Under the pieces are notes generated by a model. That model was given only the letters and a program-made list of their open reading frames with translations, did not search any database and was not told where the DNA came from. From a virus (lineage: Duplodnaviria; Caudoviricetes), in IMG/VR virus record IMGVR_UViG_3300008255_000057, positions 1 to 39,364 of that record: DNA of 39,364 nt; one strand, 5' to 3'. This document shows positions 24,837 to 34,932 of this stretch, piece by piece. Positions within the stretch are counted from its first letter, which is position 1. Each line of letters starts with the position of its first letter. The position numbers and the translations under genes were made by a program.

Positions 24837-25733
24837 TTAAAATTCCTCTACACCTATTGAGCACTCTACCACAGATATGCCATTAATGATAATATCAAAA
24901 CTTTCGAGAACACCAAAAACAATTGTTTCCGGTTTGGTTGGATCGGCTATAAAAAGTGTCGGTGTTGCCGATAAATCCGCCGCTTTGCGCTGAATTGAAT
25001 CAACGTCCGTGCTTAGTATCATGACCGGATAATTGACAACGCGAATTGTGCGCCGATTTATTAGGGTCAAATATCCAAATTCATCCCGCTCTTTTTTACT
25101 GAAAGTTATATTGCGTGACGTGATGCCCTGCAAACTTTGACCAGCATCAATAGAACGCCCAATAACCACACGGCCGGCCGATACCGTGTCGGATGGTGAT
25201 GCCGCACTAATTGTAATCGTAACCGTTACGCCCGAACCAAAATAAGCCGGTAAACCATCAAATATCAATGCTTTTTCACGTTCGTAGCTTGCAAAAAAAT
25301 AACTCCACCAATCCGGCACACCAATATCGGAAACGTCTTGCGTTTCACTATATACGTTGCCCTCAACACTATCGTCCATTTCGACAGTGACGCTAATTGC
25401 ATCGATACCAAGAACAGCAACCGTTGTGATTACAGTTGGAATATCAACGCTAACTTCAATATCATCAACCTTGTCACTGATAGAGTCTGTACCGTCACGC
25501 CACATGCGCCAAATATTCGAGTATCCTAAAACAATCCATGTAGGTGTTGTGGCAGCGGCACCTATAGATGGTTGATCGGTTGTGCTAGGATCGGCAACAA
25601 CTTCGTAAACCAATTCACCCTCAACCGCCTTGTCACCTAAATTGTAGGTGCCCGCACTCCAATCTGAATAGGTGTTCACAACGTTGGTTGTCAGGTTGCT
25701 ATCGTCAACCGTGATTGGAACTACAAACTTCAT
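24837..25733 (-). CDS. Distal tail / baseplate protein with an inserted carbohydrate-binding-like module
   Basis: First gene after the tape measure (ATGA overlap); WSAGTYNLGDKA insert; FS.KERDEFG motif. Confidence 0.65.
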   Translation of the reverse strand: MKFVVPITVDDSNLTTNVVNTYSDWSAGTYNLGDKAVEGELVYEVVADPSTTDQPSIGAAATTPTWIVLGYSNIWRMWRDGTDSISDKVDDIEVSVDIPTVITTVAVLGIDAISVTVEMDDSVEGNVYSETQDVSDIGVPDWWSYFFASYEREKALIFDGLPAYFGSGVTVTITISAASPSDTVSAGRVVIGRSIDAGQSLQGITSRNITFSKKERDEFGYLTLINRRTIRVVNYPVMILSTDVDSIQRKAADLSATPTLFIADPTKPETIVFGVLESFDIIINGISVVECSIGVEEF

Positions 25734-28700
25734 ACTGTTTGTTCCGCTTGTGATTCGCGCCAAAGTCGATCTTGTAAATTGAAATTTTTCATTGAAGCTG
25801 TGGCTGTTGCTTGGCTATAATCAGCAATACGATTTAACGCATCAACCGTTTCCTGTACTGTGTTTTGTGACGCGCTTACCGTTGACGCGGTAGTAGTTAC
25901 GCCGGGTGGGGTTCCGCCGTTCGCGCGTTCAGCTTGAATCGCCGTATAAAAATCTTGTAATGCCGAATTGACTGTCATAACACTCGCATCAATTCCGCGT
26001 AAGGCATTCAATTGATTTTCAGCGACATTCAATTGGTCATCTAGCAATTCAATTTGTTGATCGAATAAGATACGCTCAACATCAATCAATTCCGATGTTG
26101 AATCTTGAATTGCGATAATCTCATTTTCAAGTGTGGTGATGGTCAATTGAGCATAATCAATTTGATCTTGTCCCTTGTCTGACAATTCACCTAGAAGATT
26201 CAATGTCCGCGCTTGTTCACGCTGGAACGCCGCCGCACTCGCAAAACTTGACGCATTCAATTGTGAAATATTTTGCGCCGCCGCACCCGTACCAGTAAAA
26301 TTACCGCTCGCCAATGCCGAACGAATAAGCGCAATTGAACTTTGACGTGATCCGCTCGAATTGAATTGAAATTGTGCGCTTGCGAGCGCGTTGTTGATTT
26401 GGCTAACTTCACCTTGAAGCGCACTTAAAGTTTGACGCGCGGAAATCAATGATGTGTTTGCAGCATCAACGCGCGCTTTACCTTCGCTCTGAATCAGTTT
26501 GATTGATTCATCATATGCGGATTTTTTTACCGATTTTTCCGCATTGATCGATTGGCGCAACATATCTAACGCGTTGTCTGTACGCTTACGCACAATTTTT
26601 TCCGCTTCTAATGCGGCTTGGGTCACGGCGTCCGCCGCATCATTCGAAATATTTTCAAGGTTTGTATAATAAACGTTCAACGCTTCGCTACTTGTCATAA
26701 TTGCCGCAAATGCGCGTTGTCCCGCTTCCGTGGTTAAATCCAAACCGTTCACAAGATCGCGGACACCTTGGCGAGTTTCCGGTAATATTAATCCTAGTGC
26801 ATCAAATGTATTCGTGAGATTTTCAGTTAGTTTCGCGATTTGTTCATCTTCGGTGAAGAAATATCGAAAAAACGAATCAACGCCCGCCGTGAAGGTATCG
26901 ATGCCACCGGCCATTTTAACGAGCGTATCGGCCAACACCGCACCATTCACACCAACATCATACATTGATACATTCACCGACGCTAACAAGGCGTTGGTGA
27001 CGTTCATTTGATTCCCTAAACGAATAAGAGTTTCGCTTGCCGCTTCGCCTTCGGTCGCAAGATCAAGCAAGGGTTGAATAGTCGCACCACCAACGGCAGT
27101 CACAACAGCCGAATCAAGTTGTTTAAACCAATTTTCAATCGCGGCTTTCGCTTCGGATTCAGATAATGCGCCTTCGCCTGATGTTTTGATATTCAACGCT
27201 GCAATTTGCACCGATTCCATAATATCGCGGCTTGCTTTCATACCAAACAATTTGAAAGCGTTTGTTGCGTTATCAAGGATTGCATTATAGGCCGCGTTAT
27301 ATTGTGTTTGTTGTTCGTTCGAGATACCTGAAAAAATCGTGCGATCTTTTGACGAACTAAACAGCCCACCTTTCTTATGTTGATCTTCGAACGATTGACC
27401 AAGCACACCCGCCGCGCCTAGCTGCAATTGGATACCGCCGCCAGTGGTTTGCCATTTACCGCCGAACAAAACTGTGCCAATGGATTTGACAATATTGACA
27501 ACCGATTTAACAACGCTAATCGCATTCGAGATTGTGCCCGAGACTTGTCCAATCGGACCCAGAATATTTGATAGAATGCCATTCGCGCCCTGTATCTTGT
27601 CAAGTATACCTTTTGCGCTTGACATTCTGTCAGCCGCCGCAGACATACGTTCAACTTGTTCGGCAAATTTATCGGCCATATCTTCGGCACCATCTTTGAA
27701 CGGGTCAAAGAAAGTTGCTTTCAAACCATCCCACATGCGTTGACCAATTGAACGCGTATCGATGTTCAAATCTTTTTTAACTTTAACGATGATTGCATCA
27801 AATTCCGTTTGCGAGATAAAACCACCGGCAAGCAAAACCTGATACTCCCGCAACGCTTGATTCAGTTTGTCTTGTTTGGTCATTAATTCCGCTTTTACAT
27901 CAGCGGCAGCTTTTTCCAATTTGTTACGTTCGGCAATTGTATTTTTCAACACAGCATCGTTTTTTGCCAGTGTTGTTAATTGTTTGATTTGTTCATCGGT
28001 CAGCTTACCGTTAACTTTTTTTAATGCGTTGTCGATTGCAATTTGTTCATCAGTTTTATAGAGCGAATCAAGTTGCATCCCGATTGAATTGGATAATTCA
28101 TCAACGGTTTGTTTATAACTTTCCGCCGTTGCTTTGGCAGCTTCATGATTGGCCGTGGCATCGAACAACGCACCGGCCAATTCTTCCACACGGCTTTTCA
28201 TTTCGGCCGTTGATCCATCGGCTAATTGAATCGTTGCACTATAAATTGCCGCCGCGCGTTCACTCATTCCCATTGCAAGGGTTTGTTGTTCAAGCGATGT
28301 GATTAATTCATGATATTTGTCCAGAACATCTTGTGATGGACCACCCGCGCCGTCCGCCGATGCACCACTTGAATCACCCGCCGCCGCGCCGTCCGCCGAT
28401 GCACCACTTGAACCGGGATTTTGCAACGCTGCATTCATGCGCGCGATTGCTTCGGTTGTATTCATTGCGCCAAATTCAATATCTTTAAACGCTTCTAAGA
28501 ATGCTTCTTTGAATGACCCACCTTTCAAGAAAGCAACCGCACCCTGAGCGATGCCTGCATAAAACGATACGAAACCATTGCCGAGTGCTTTCAAATTTGC
28601 CCAAATATCTTTCAGCACACCTAAAGCCACATCACCGACAAGCGAAAATGCCGTACCCCATGATCCGGTTTTTTCTTTTAGGTCAAATAACAACGACACC

Positions 28701-30031
28701 AATTCACCGGCCGCGATCATCAGTGCAGCGGGAATCACGGTCAACAATACGCGTCCCAATAATTTGAACGCCGTGCTTGCTAGCGTTGCCGCAAGACTTG
28801 AAGCGCTGATGGACGCCGCAAGCGACAACATGCGAACCGTGGGCATTACAGCGGCAATTGCGGCCGATGCAAGCGACAATGCGAGTTTACCGGCGAACAA
28901 CGTTGCTAGTGATGTTCCCGCAATAATCAAATGGTCAAGATTATCCGCAACCATTGTGAGCGCCGGAACTAACGCATTGCCGAGCGGTAACGCTAATTCT
29001 AAGAACTTATTTTTTAATCCTTGAAGAACGCGACCTAATTGCGTGTCGATAGTCGCGGACATTTTTTCAAAAGCGGTATCAGTCGCACCGGCTTTTACAT
29101 TCATATCTTGCATAATTTTCGACAAATCTTTTCCGGCTTGTCCCGCGAATGCAAGTACCGGAACTAATGCCTCAACACCACCGAACAACTGTGAAATCTT
29201 ATCGGTTGCGCCGCCTGTTTTTTCTGCAACCTCTTGTAAGAAAACACCCAAACCCTTAGCTGACAACGCATTTGAATCAAATTGCAAACCGAGTTGTTCG
29301 GCCATATCGATGGCTTCGCTTGTCGGTTTCGTGATCGCCGCCAAGATCGCACGCAAGCCGGTCATTGCAACATTCGTTTGAACGCCGCCCTTAGTGAGTG
29401 CTGCAACCGACGCTAACAATTCATCGATAGAAACCCCGGCTTGTGCAGCGAATGGTGCAACTTTTCCGATTTCAGCGGACAATTCACCAACGGTAGTTTT
29501 ACCCGCGCGCATGGAAATAAACATTGCATCTGAAACTTCCGTTGCGCGTTCGGATGCAAAGCCATAAGCATTCAAAACGGACGTTAGACCGTCCGCCGCC
29601 GTCGCAACATCAGTTACACCACCGATTGCGAGTTTGTTTGCAGCGGTCAAAAGGTTTGTTGCATCGGCAGCGGTTGAAGCACCCGCAGAAATAATTTGAT
29701 AAGTGGCCTTTGCTTGTTGTGTAGCATCAGAACCGAATGCGCTAGATGCGGCTAAAATCGATTTCCGCATTCTATCTAAATCAAACGTTGCGGTATCAAC
29801 AAGCGTTGAAACTTCCGCCATTGCCGTTTGAAATTGTTTTATTTCACGCAACGCGGCAAGGGTACTAAATGCCGCCGCCGCTTGTAGCGCCATTTTTTTA
29901 AGCGCACCGCCTAATAGGTCCGTTTGCTTTTCGGTTTTTTTACTACCTTGTGTGAGTGCGTCTAAATCTTTCAACGCGGACTTTAAATCACGCGTATCGG
30001 CACCCATTACAAGTTTTGCAAAATCGGTCAT
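25730..30031 (-). CDS. Tail tape measure protein (TP901-type N-domain)
   Basis: 1433 aa, Ala/Leu-rich helical; AMAEVSTL...YQIISAG...GKTTVGEL; hydrophobic mid-section; follows the chaperones. Confidence 0.92.
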   Translation of the reverse strand: MTDFAKLVMGADTRDLKSALKDLDALTQGSKKTEKQTDLLGGALKKMALQAAAAFSTLAALREIKQFQTAMAEVSTLVDTATFDLDRMRKSILAASSAFGSDATQQAKATYQIISAGASTAADATNLLTAANKLAIGGVTDVATAADGLTSVLNAYGFASERATEVSDAMFISMRAGKTTVGELSAEIGKVAPFAAQAGVSIDELLASVAALTKGGVQTNVAMTGLRAILAAITKPTSEAIDMAEQLGLQFDSNALSAKGLGVFLQEVAEKTGGATDKISQLFGGVEALVPVLAFAGQAGKDLSKIMQDMNVKAGATDTAFEKMSATIDTQLGRVLQGLKNKFLELALPLGNALVPALTMVADNLDHLIIAGTSLATLFAGKLALSLASAAIAAVMPTVRMLSLAASISASSLAATLASTAFKLLGRVLLTVIPAALMIAAGELVSLLFDLKEKTGSWGTAFSLVGDVALGVLKDIWANLKALGNGFVSFYAGIAQGAVAFLKGGSFKEAFLEAFKDIEFGAMNTTEAIARMNAALQNPGSSGASADGAAAGDSSGASADGAGGPSQDVLDKYHELITSLEQQTLAMGMSERAAAIYSATIQLADGSTAEMKSRVEELAGALFDATANHEAAKATAESYKQTVDELSNSIGMQLDSLYKTDEQIAIDNALKKVNGKLTDEQIKQLTTLAKNDAVLKNTIAERNKLEKAAADVKAELMTKQDKLNQALREYQVLLAGGFISQTEFDAIIVKVKKDLNIDTRSIGQRMWDGLKATFFDPFKDGAEDMADKFAEQVERMSAAADRMSSAKGILDKIQGANGILSNILGPIGQVSGTISNAISVVKSVVNIVKSIGTVLFGGKWQTTGGGIQLQLGAAGVLGQSFEDQHKKGGLFSSSKDRTIFSGISNEQQTQYNAAYNAILDNATNAFKLFGMKASRDIMESVQIAALNIKTSGEGALSESEAKAAIENWFKQLDSAVVTAVGGATIQPLLDLATEGEAASETLIRLGNQMNVTNALLASVNVSMYDVGVNGAVLADTLVKMAGGIDTFTAGVDSFFRYFFTEDEQIAKLTENLTNTFDALGLILPETRQGVRDLVNGLDLTTEAGQRAFAAIMTSSEALNVYYTNLENISNDAADAVTQAALEAEKIVRKRTDNALDMLRQSINAEKSVKKSAYDESIKLIQSEGKARVDAANTSLISARQTLSALQGEVSQINNALASAQFQFNSSGSRQSSIALIRSALASGNFTGTGAAAQNISQLNASSFASAAAFQREQARTLNLLGELSDKGQDQIDYAQLTITTLENEIIAIQDSTSELIDVERILFDQQIELLDDQLNVAENQLNALRGIDASVMTVNSALQDFYTAIQAERANGGTPPGVTTTASTVSASQNTVQETVDALNRIADYSQATATASMKNFNLQDRLWRESQAEQTV
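28345..28412. repeat. 29-bp direct repeat x2 inside the tape measure gene (SSGASADGA x2)
   Basis: ccgcgccgtccgccgatgcaccacttgaa at 28345-28373 and 28384-28412. Confidence 0.9.
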
Positions 30032-30375
30032 TAGTTTGTCACACGTTCATAGGGTGCTTTACGCAAAAGATCATCACTGTTGCGTTCGGTACAATATGCC
30101 GAACTCATATCACGAACGCAACGGAACTCCCATGGCTCCGTGAGTGCTCCGGTTGCGTCCGCATATGATTTGATTTCAACCCAAGACAGCGGACTGATCC
30201 CCATTCCGTTGTTTTCTATCCATCCTAATTCAATAAGTGATTGAACAAGGTGTATTCCATCAGGCGGTTTAGGATACTCGATTCCTAACGATTCCGCCCT
30301 TGTTTCTTTTGCACCCTTGGGCCGTGTTGAAAGATAGCCAACCTGTGCGGCATATTTTATCAGGTTGGCAATTCT
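30031..30375 (-). CDS. Tail assembly chaperone, -1 frameshift extension (gpGT-like)
   Basis: The -1 frame is open for 115 codons: RIANLIKYAAQVGYL...GMGISPLSWVEIKSYADATG...; its stop overlaps the tape measure ATG. Confidence 0.8.
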   Translation of the reverse strand, partial: RIANLIKYAAQVGYLSTRPKGAKETRAESLGIEYPKPPDGIHLVQSLIELGWIENNGMGISPLSWVEIKSYADATGALTEPWEFRCVRDMSSAYCTERNSDDLLRKAPYERVTN

Positions 30376-30848
30376 TTTCCCAAATATGCACTTGCATCAT
30401 TCGATGCTTTCAAAATCTGTTGTGCGAAACTATCGCCTAACCATTCGTCATCGTCACCGCCTTCGTGCGCAAGCAATGATTTCACTGATAGAAAATTTAA
30501 ATCAAGAAACCAGTTCACATCTTCGGCGCTCGTGCTTAATGGACGTCCTTCACGTTCGATGTTTTCAAAACCACGGATGACACGCGCCGCACCTTCAACC
30601 AATGTTTTTTGAACATCAGCCAACGCCTTCGCTTCATCATCTTTCTTTTTCTTGCTCTTGGTGGTGTTTAATTTTTTGCGCGCTTCTTCAAGGATGCCAG
30701 CTTGCACCGAACGCGCATGAGAACCGATAACCAACACTATGGCGAATTTATCGCCGTCTTGATAAAATTCGCCGTTTGCCGGATTGCGAAGTTTCAACGG
30801 TTGCGGATTTTCAGCGGCAGTACGTGAATCATATTGTTTGAAATCCAT
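30360..30848 (-). CDS. Tail assembly chaperone (gpG-like)
   Basis: ATG 30848 after AAAGGA; lies between the tail tube and tape measure; ends LGKELPT. Confidence 0.8.
   Translation of the reverse strand: MDFKQYDSRTAAENPQPLKLRNPANGEFYQDGDKFAIVLVIGSHARSVQAGILEEARKKLNTTKSKKKKDDEAKALADVQKTLVEGAARVIRGFENIEREGRPLSTSAEDVNWFLDLNFLSVKSLLAHEGGDDDEWLGDSFAQQILKASNDASAYLGKELPT
30375..30381 (-). other. Programmed -1 ribosomal frameshift slippery site G GGA AAA
   Basis: X XXY YYZ heptamer in the correct phase near the chaperone 3' end, as in lambda G/T. Confidence 0.85.
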
Positions 30849-30854
30849 AAAATT

Positions 30855-30926
30855 TTTCCTTTGTGTGGTTGTGGGGGTTGTGGGAGAAGTGACGGGCCGC
30901 ACACCCCACACAATGTGCGGCCCGCC
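30855..30926 (-). promoter_or_regulatory. RNA hairpin with possible pseudoknot upstream of the chaperone RBS
   Basis: Stem GGCGGGCCGCACA/UGUGCGGCCCGUC; loop UUGUGUGGGG is complementary to downstream CCCCACA and CCACACAA. Confidence 0.55.
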
Positions 30927-30959
30927 GTAACCAAACGCCGTAAAACGGTCGCTTAGTTA

Positions 30960-31439
30960 TTAGACCGGTTCGGTTGCATCAACAGTGAAATCATTCTGTT
31001 TGAATGAAACTGTGAAACCTTCATGCGTTGTGGTGTCTCCTTGAATTTCTAAATAGCCGTTTAGATAACCTTGAGCGTATTGCACTGGATCGCCGGTTTG
31101 CAATGCCTCATCAGTATCCGAACCGCGCCCAATCTTGATTGAGCAAAGACCTTCGGGACTGTTAGCCGTTGTTAATGCGAGTGCTTGACCGGTATCACTC
31201 GCAACCTTACGAAATGCCGCCGTGCTTTCATTACCGCTCATGGCACCTTTAACACCGGCAGTAAATCCAGTCTGTAAATCCGGCACGTCGATATTTGCAC
31301 CACTCACGCCGAGTTGTGGAAGCGATTGAACGCCGTTCACTTTCGTCCATGTCAACGCTTCAAATCCAGCGGCATCGTTCGTTGCTGGAAGCGCCGCCGA
31401 AATGTAAAGCGTTTTACCGATGTTGTTTTTTGTCGCCAT
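30960..31439 (-). CDS. Major tail (tube) protein
   Basis: GKTLYISAALPAT.D.AGFEALTWT.V..V...P.LG...KG...D.GQ pattern; position in the operon. Confidence 0.85.
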   Translation of the reverse strand: MATKNNIGKTLYISAALPATNDAAGFEALTWTKVNGVQSLPQLGVSGANIDVPDLQTGFTAGVKGAMSGNESTAAFRKVASDTGQALALTTANSPEGLCSIKIGRGSDTDEALQTGDPVQYAQGYLNGYLEIQGDTTTHEGFTVSFKQNDFTVDATEPV

Positions 31440-31475
31440 TTGTTAGTTCTCCTTTTTTCGATTCAATTAGCCGGT

Positions 31476-31877
31476 TCAAGTTTGTATTTCGTAGTCAATC
31501 CGAACCGGCAAGCGCCAGTCTGGCCCGTCCCTATAACCCGGCAGAGGTTCGGGCGGTTTCACAATTAATATACCACCAATCGTTAGAGAAATTAAGGTGC
31601 GATATTTGAAATGCATGAGGATCTTATCAACCAATGAATTTGCGGGTTTTGTGAAGGTATTTCCCGCAATAACTACATAAATCATTAATTGGCCGGTGAC
31701 GGTTTCGCCGTACCCGTCAAGCGTAGGGTCAATACGTGAACCGGGCACATGATCCACGGCAAAAAATGGTCGCGCCGGGTCAACGTCGCGATTTTGCCAA
31801 GCGACGGCCGGAATATCGGACATGGTTAATAAGTATTTTCCTAGTTCGATTTCGATTTCTTCAAGTGAAATGCTCAT
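31476..31877 (-). CDS. Tail terminator protein
   Basis: VAWQN...G...I.V....G......D.I..HF...W.LPVRIDY pattern; upstream of the tube gene. Confidence 0.7.
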   Translation of the reverse strand: MSISLEEIEIELGKYLLTMSDIPAVAWQNRDVDPARPFFAVDHVPGSRIDPTLDGYGETVTGQLMIYVVIAGNTFTKPANSLVDKILMHFKYRTLISLTIGGILIVKPPEPLPGYRDGPDWRLPVRIDYEIQT

Positions 31878-32323
31878 GGCTTCACCAAATATTTTCTAAT
31901 GTAACCTTCAATGATGTGCGGCCATTTAGCCGCATTGCGTCCGACAAAATGCCAGCCAGATTGATTGAACGTGCGGCCGGTTTCATCCGTACCGGTGAAA
32001 CCATTTTCAACTCGCATTGCATATTCCATTGTCCAACCAAAACGCATGTAATCGCCTATTTCATAATTGGCGAGCGCAACCTCATATGAATTTTTCCCCT
32101 TCGGTCCAAGCGTACCGTTAATTTCAACAGTTAGACTATTAATTAAATCACCAGACACAACCGGAATTTTACCGGCTTGAATTGTTCCGCCCGCCGTAAC
32201 ACCCTTTGCGCTAGTTTGCGCACCTTCAACAACATCAAACAAACTATCAACAACAACTCGACGCATTTGTTTTTCTGTCAATTCAACAAATCGCTTCACA
32301 TCGGCGGAGAATGTTTGCGTCAT
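31874..32323 (-). CDS. HK97 gp10-like tail completion protein
   Basis: PVVSGDL.NS, EYA.RVE.G..G.D..GR.F.Q.G.HFV. Confidence 0.7.
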   Translation of the reverse strand: MTQTFSADVKRFVELTEKQMRRVVVDSLFDVVEGAQTSAKGVTAGGTIQAGKIPVVSGDLINSLTVEINGTLGPKGKNSYEVALANYEIGDYMRFGWTMEYAMRVENGFTGTDETGRTFNQSGWHFVGRNAAKWPHIIEGYIRKYLVKP

Positions 32324-33289
32324 TTATTTATCTTTCAGGGTGACGCGAAAAAATGGAGAACATCGGCAATGCGAATTTTGAGCGGGTCCGCCGTTCGGGT
32401 CATGTGGATAAAGCATCGCGGTCCCATCGTCCATAATCCAAGGCTCACCTAAATCATGAATCTCACCGTCAATGCGCAAATGATCGGCGCGCATTTCTTT
32501 TTGGCTTCCGGTGTTGTGTTGCCATTTCACGGTAACACGTTCAACGTCGGGACTTTCACGCAATTGAAAAAATCCTTCGGCTTGACCGGATGCCACCGCC
32601 GCGCGTGTTTCGGAACGTGCAATATCGGTAGCGCGATATTTTTCAAACCGTTCGGCGTAACGTGCCGTGATCGTATTTATTTTTTCTTCGGATAATGGTT
32701 TGCCACTTTTGATCGCTTCACGTATAGCGGCATCAAATCGCCTATCACGTTGTTGACGCGTAAAATATCGATCATTCAAATACTGTAAATCAAGACGCAT
32801 ATTATCAACGTATTGGGATTGTTGAACGGTCAACCCGATACGCGCGCCCGCGTTGTCGCGTCCACGTCCGATAATATCGCGCGCCATCGCCACACTTGAC
32901 CGACCTTCATCAACACCCCGACGCACAATATCTTGTACCATTTCGCGAGATTGATCTTGGATACCTTGAACAAGGCGCGCTGTTGATTCATTGATCCATC
33001 GCGCCGCGCGTGGTTGTTGTGCGGAAAATCCAAACGATCCACCGCGTATAGCTTCACCAATCGACAAACCCGCACCAACATAGGTTGAGCGTATTGCTTC
33101 TGTTAATGGAAATATTTGGGCTTCGGTCATACCAATAGCTTCAACCAATGACGATAAATCGCGCGAATCAATCGCGGCAATTAATTTTGATTCGTCAATT
33201 GATTTTTTTGCCGTTGCCACAACTCGCCGGTATGCGCTCGCGATTAATACCCCGTATTTGGTCAATAATTTATCAAACGTTGACGCCAT
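32324..33289 (-). CDS. Minor head / head morphogenesis protein (Mu gpF / SPP1 gp7-like)
   Basis: RA..IARSE, W......R..H...DG, YP.DP.G......CRC. Confidence 0.85.
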   Translation of the reverse strand: MASTFDKLLTKYGVLIASAYRRVVATAKKSIDESKLIAAIDSRDLSSLVEAIGMTEAQIFPLTEAIRSTYVGAGLSIGEAIRGGSFGFSAQQPRAARWINESTARLVQGIQDQSREMVQDIVRRGVDEGRSSVAMARDIIGRGRDNAGARIGLTVQQSQYVDNMRLDLQYLNDRYFTRQQRDRRFDAAIREAIKSGKPLSEEKINTITARYAERFEKYRATDIARSETRAAVASGQAEGFFQLRESPDVERVTVKWQHNTGSQKEMRADHLRIDGEIHDLGEPWIMDDGTAMLYPHDPNGGPAQNSHCRCSPFFRVTLKDK

Positions 33290-33666
33290 TATTTACGCGC
33301 CTGTATCATATAATAAAGATCAACACCGGCAACCGCTTCGGGCATCACGTTTATAATTTGATAAGTCACGTCGGCAATCGTGATGGTATCGGCTGTTGTT
33401 GGTGTAACAATGCCAGATTGCATCATCAATTTTAAATCATCGGCACGAATTTTAGTGCCGTCGATTTCCCCAAATTTCCAACTATCACGAATAACTATTA
33501 TGTCATAAGTCGTGGGCTCAATTTCGCTTATTTCATCCCAAGGATTAACAGGACTGTCAATGGGTTCACGGTTTACGGTAGCAACAAGCGGTCCGTCACC
33601 GGCATCGGTGCCCGCTTCGGCTAATCCCGTCGCGATTTCCGCCGCTATGTCACTACCGTTACTCAT
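33289..33666 (-). CDS. Head-tail joining / head closure protein
   Basis: EIDGTKI...D.K...P...D.I......YQI..V.P pattern. Confidence 0.7.
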   Translation of the reverse strand: MSNGSDIAAEIATGLAEAGTDAGDGPLVATVNREPIDSPVNPWDEISEIEPTTYDIIVIRDSWKFGEIDGTKIRADDLKLMMQSGIVTPTTADTITIADVTYQIINVMPEAVAGVDLYYMIQARK

Positions 33667-33667
33667 T

Positions 33668-34006
33668 TTAGTTAATGATAAATGCGGTTAAGTCGGTTCC
33701 AGTAATTGAAATTGTTCCTTTAAGATATTCAAAAATCGAATCCAACTGAATTACAACGGTTTCACCCGCCGCAATCGTGCCAACTGAATAACCCGATGAA
33801 ACAGTTACAGCACCAAGACCAGGGACCTTCACGCTTGACCCACCATCACCGTCAATGGTGCAAGCAATTCCACCGCCAGTGGGATTGCTAATAATCAAAA
33901 ATTGATTTTTGCCGCGCTCGTAAACAAACGAATTTGATGCGGTCAAAGTAGTTGGTACAGCGGTATTTGCACCAACGGCAAGGTTAAGATGGGCAACAAC
34001 AGCCAT
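33668..34006 (-). CDS. Small virion structural protein
   Basis: Beta-rich 112 aa (L...N.TGG...TIDG...V.GLG...L..I..YL.G); RBS GGGAG. Confidence 0.55.
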   Translation of the reverse strand: MAVVAHLNLAVGANTAVPTTLTASNSFVYERGKNQFLIISNPTGGGIACTIDGDGGSSVKVPGLGAVTVSSGYSVGTIAAGETVVIQLDSIFEYLKGTISITGTDLTAFIIN

Positions 34007-34030
34007 TTTTAGAACTCCCTTTTGTTAATA

Positions 34031-34483
34031 TTACTCGCGGTCATCGCCACCAATGCTCAATAAATTAAATGATGGGCGATTAAGATCGAAACAATACGGA
34101 CGAAAAAACGCGTCAAGCAAGGTGCTTGTCGGTGATGATCCATAAACACCATCAACACCATTTCCCACAGGGGTCCAAGAAATACCGCCCGCCTTGGTTA
34201 AAACTTTCTGTTGTGACGGCGTGAAAGTTTTAGAGAAAAAACCAACCGTCGCTAATTCAAATGATGCCGCAATATATGCACCTTCTTCACTCAACGATAA
34301 AGTTTCATCGCTCGGGATTGTGTCTTTTGTGTTTGGTGGTGCAAGATTTTTGATATAGCGCGAACGTACATAATCACTTGCGCGGACAAGTGCCGCTGTC
34401 GCATCAGCGTCACTCGCCGTGGTTGGCGCGGCGTTACCGCGTTCCGTTGCATAAGTGCGCCAATCTGCAATTGTGCCGTACAT
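34031..34483 (-). CDS. Head-tail adaptor protein
   Basis: MYGT.A....Y...RG...AAL.RASDY, typical of neck adaptors after the capsid gene. Confidence 0.75.
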   Translation of the reverse strand: MYGTIADWRTYATERGNAAPTTASDADATAALVRASDYVRSRYIKNLAPPNTKDTIPSDETLSLSEEGAYIAASFELATVGFFSKTFTPSQQKVLTKAGGISWTPVGNGVDGVYGSSPTSTLLDAFFRPYCFDLNRPSFNLLSIGGDDRE

Positions 34484-34499
34484 CTTAAAACCTTTTCTT

Positions 34500-34534
34500 A
34501 TAAATTACTCCGCATCATTCGTGATGCGGAGTAA
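34500..34534 (-). terminator. 13-bp stem hairpin (terminator or processing site)
   Basis: ttactccgcatca-ttcg-tgatgcggagtaa at 34505-34534; weak U tail. Confidence 0.55.
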
Positions 34535-34544
34535 TCAAACAATC

Positions 34545-34871
34545 TTACGCGGACTGTTGGTTAACCGCCGCCGATTCAACTTTAGCAATCTCGGCTTTCA
34601 ATTCGTCCAACGTCCAAGCGTCATTCACCGTAACGCCTAAAGACTTGGCATAATCAGCGAGAAAATTTCGTTCCGCATCGTCATTAGTCAATTCGATTGG
34701 TGTCTGTTGCTTTGCCGGATTCACGATCAACGGACCATCAACACCGATCACAATACATTTATTGAGCAATGACGGCGGAATGATTTTGCCTTCAATTTCG
34801 ATAATTGTACCAACGGGAATCTTTTTATTACCATCACCGTTGACACCTTTTTCAATGATCTTAACTTTCAT
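34545..34871 (-). CDS. Hypothetical protein after the capsid gene, with a C-terminal helix-extension-helix-like motif
   Basis: YAKSLGVTVNDAWTLDELKAEI; RBS AAGGA. Confidence 0.6.
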   Translation of the reverse strand: MKVKIIEKGVNGDGNKKIPVGTIIEIEGKIIPPSLLNKCIVIGVDGPLIVNPAKQQTPIELTNDDAERNFLADYAKSLGVTVNDAWTLDELKAEIAKVESAAVNQQSA

Positions 34872-34894
34872 AGTGGGGTTTCCTTTTGTGTGAG

Positions 34895-34932
34895 ATAAAG
34901 AAAAACGGGACGGGTTTTTAATCCGTCCCGTT
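34895..34932 (-). terminator. Rho-independent terminator after the major capsid gene
   Basis: Stem AACGGGACGG/CCGTCCCGTT followed by TTTCTTT on the minus strand. Confidence 0.85.
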
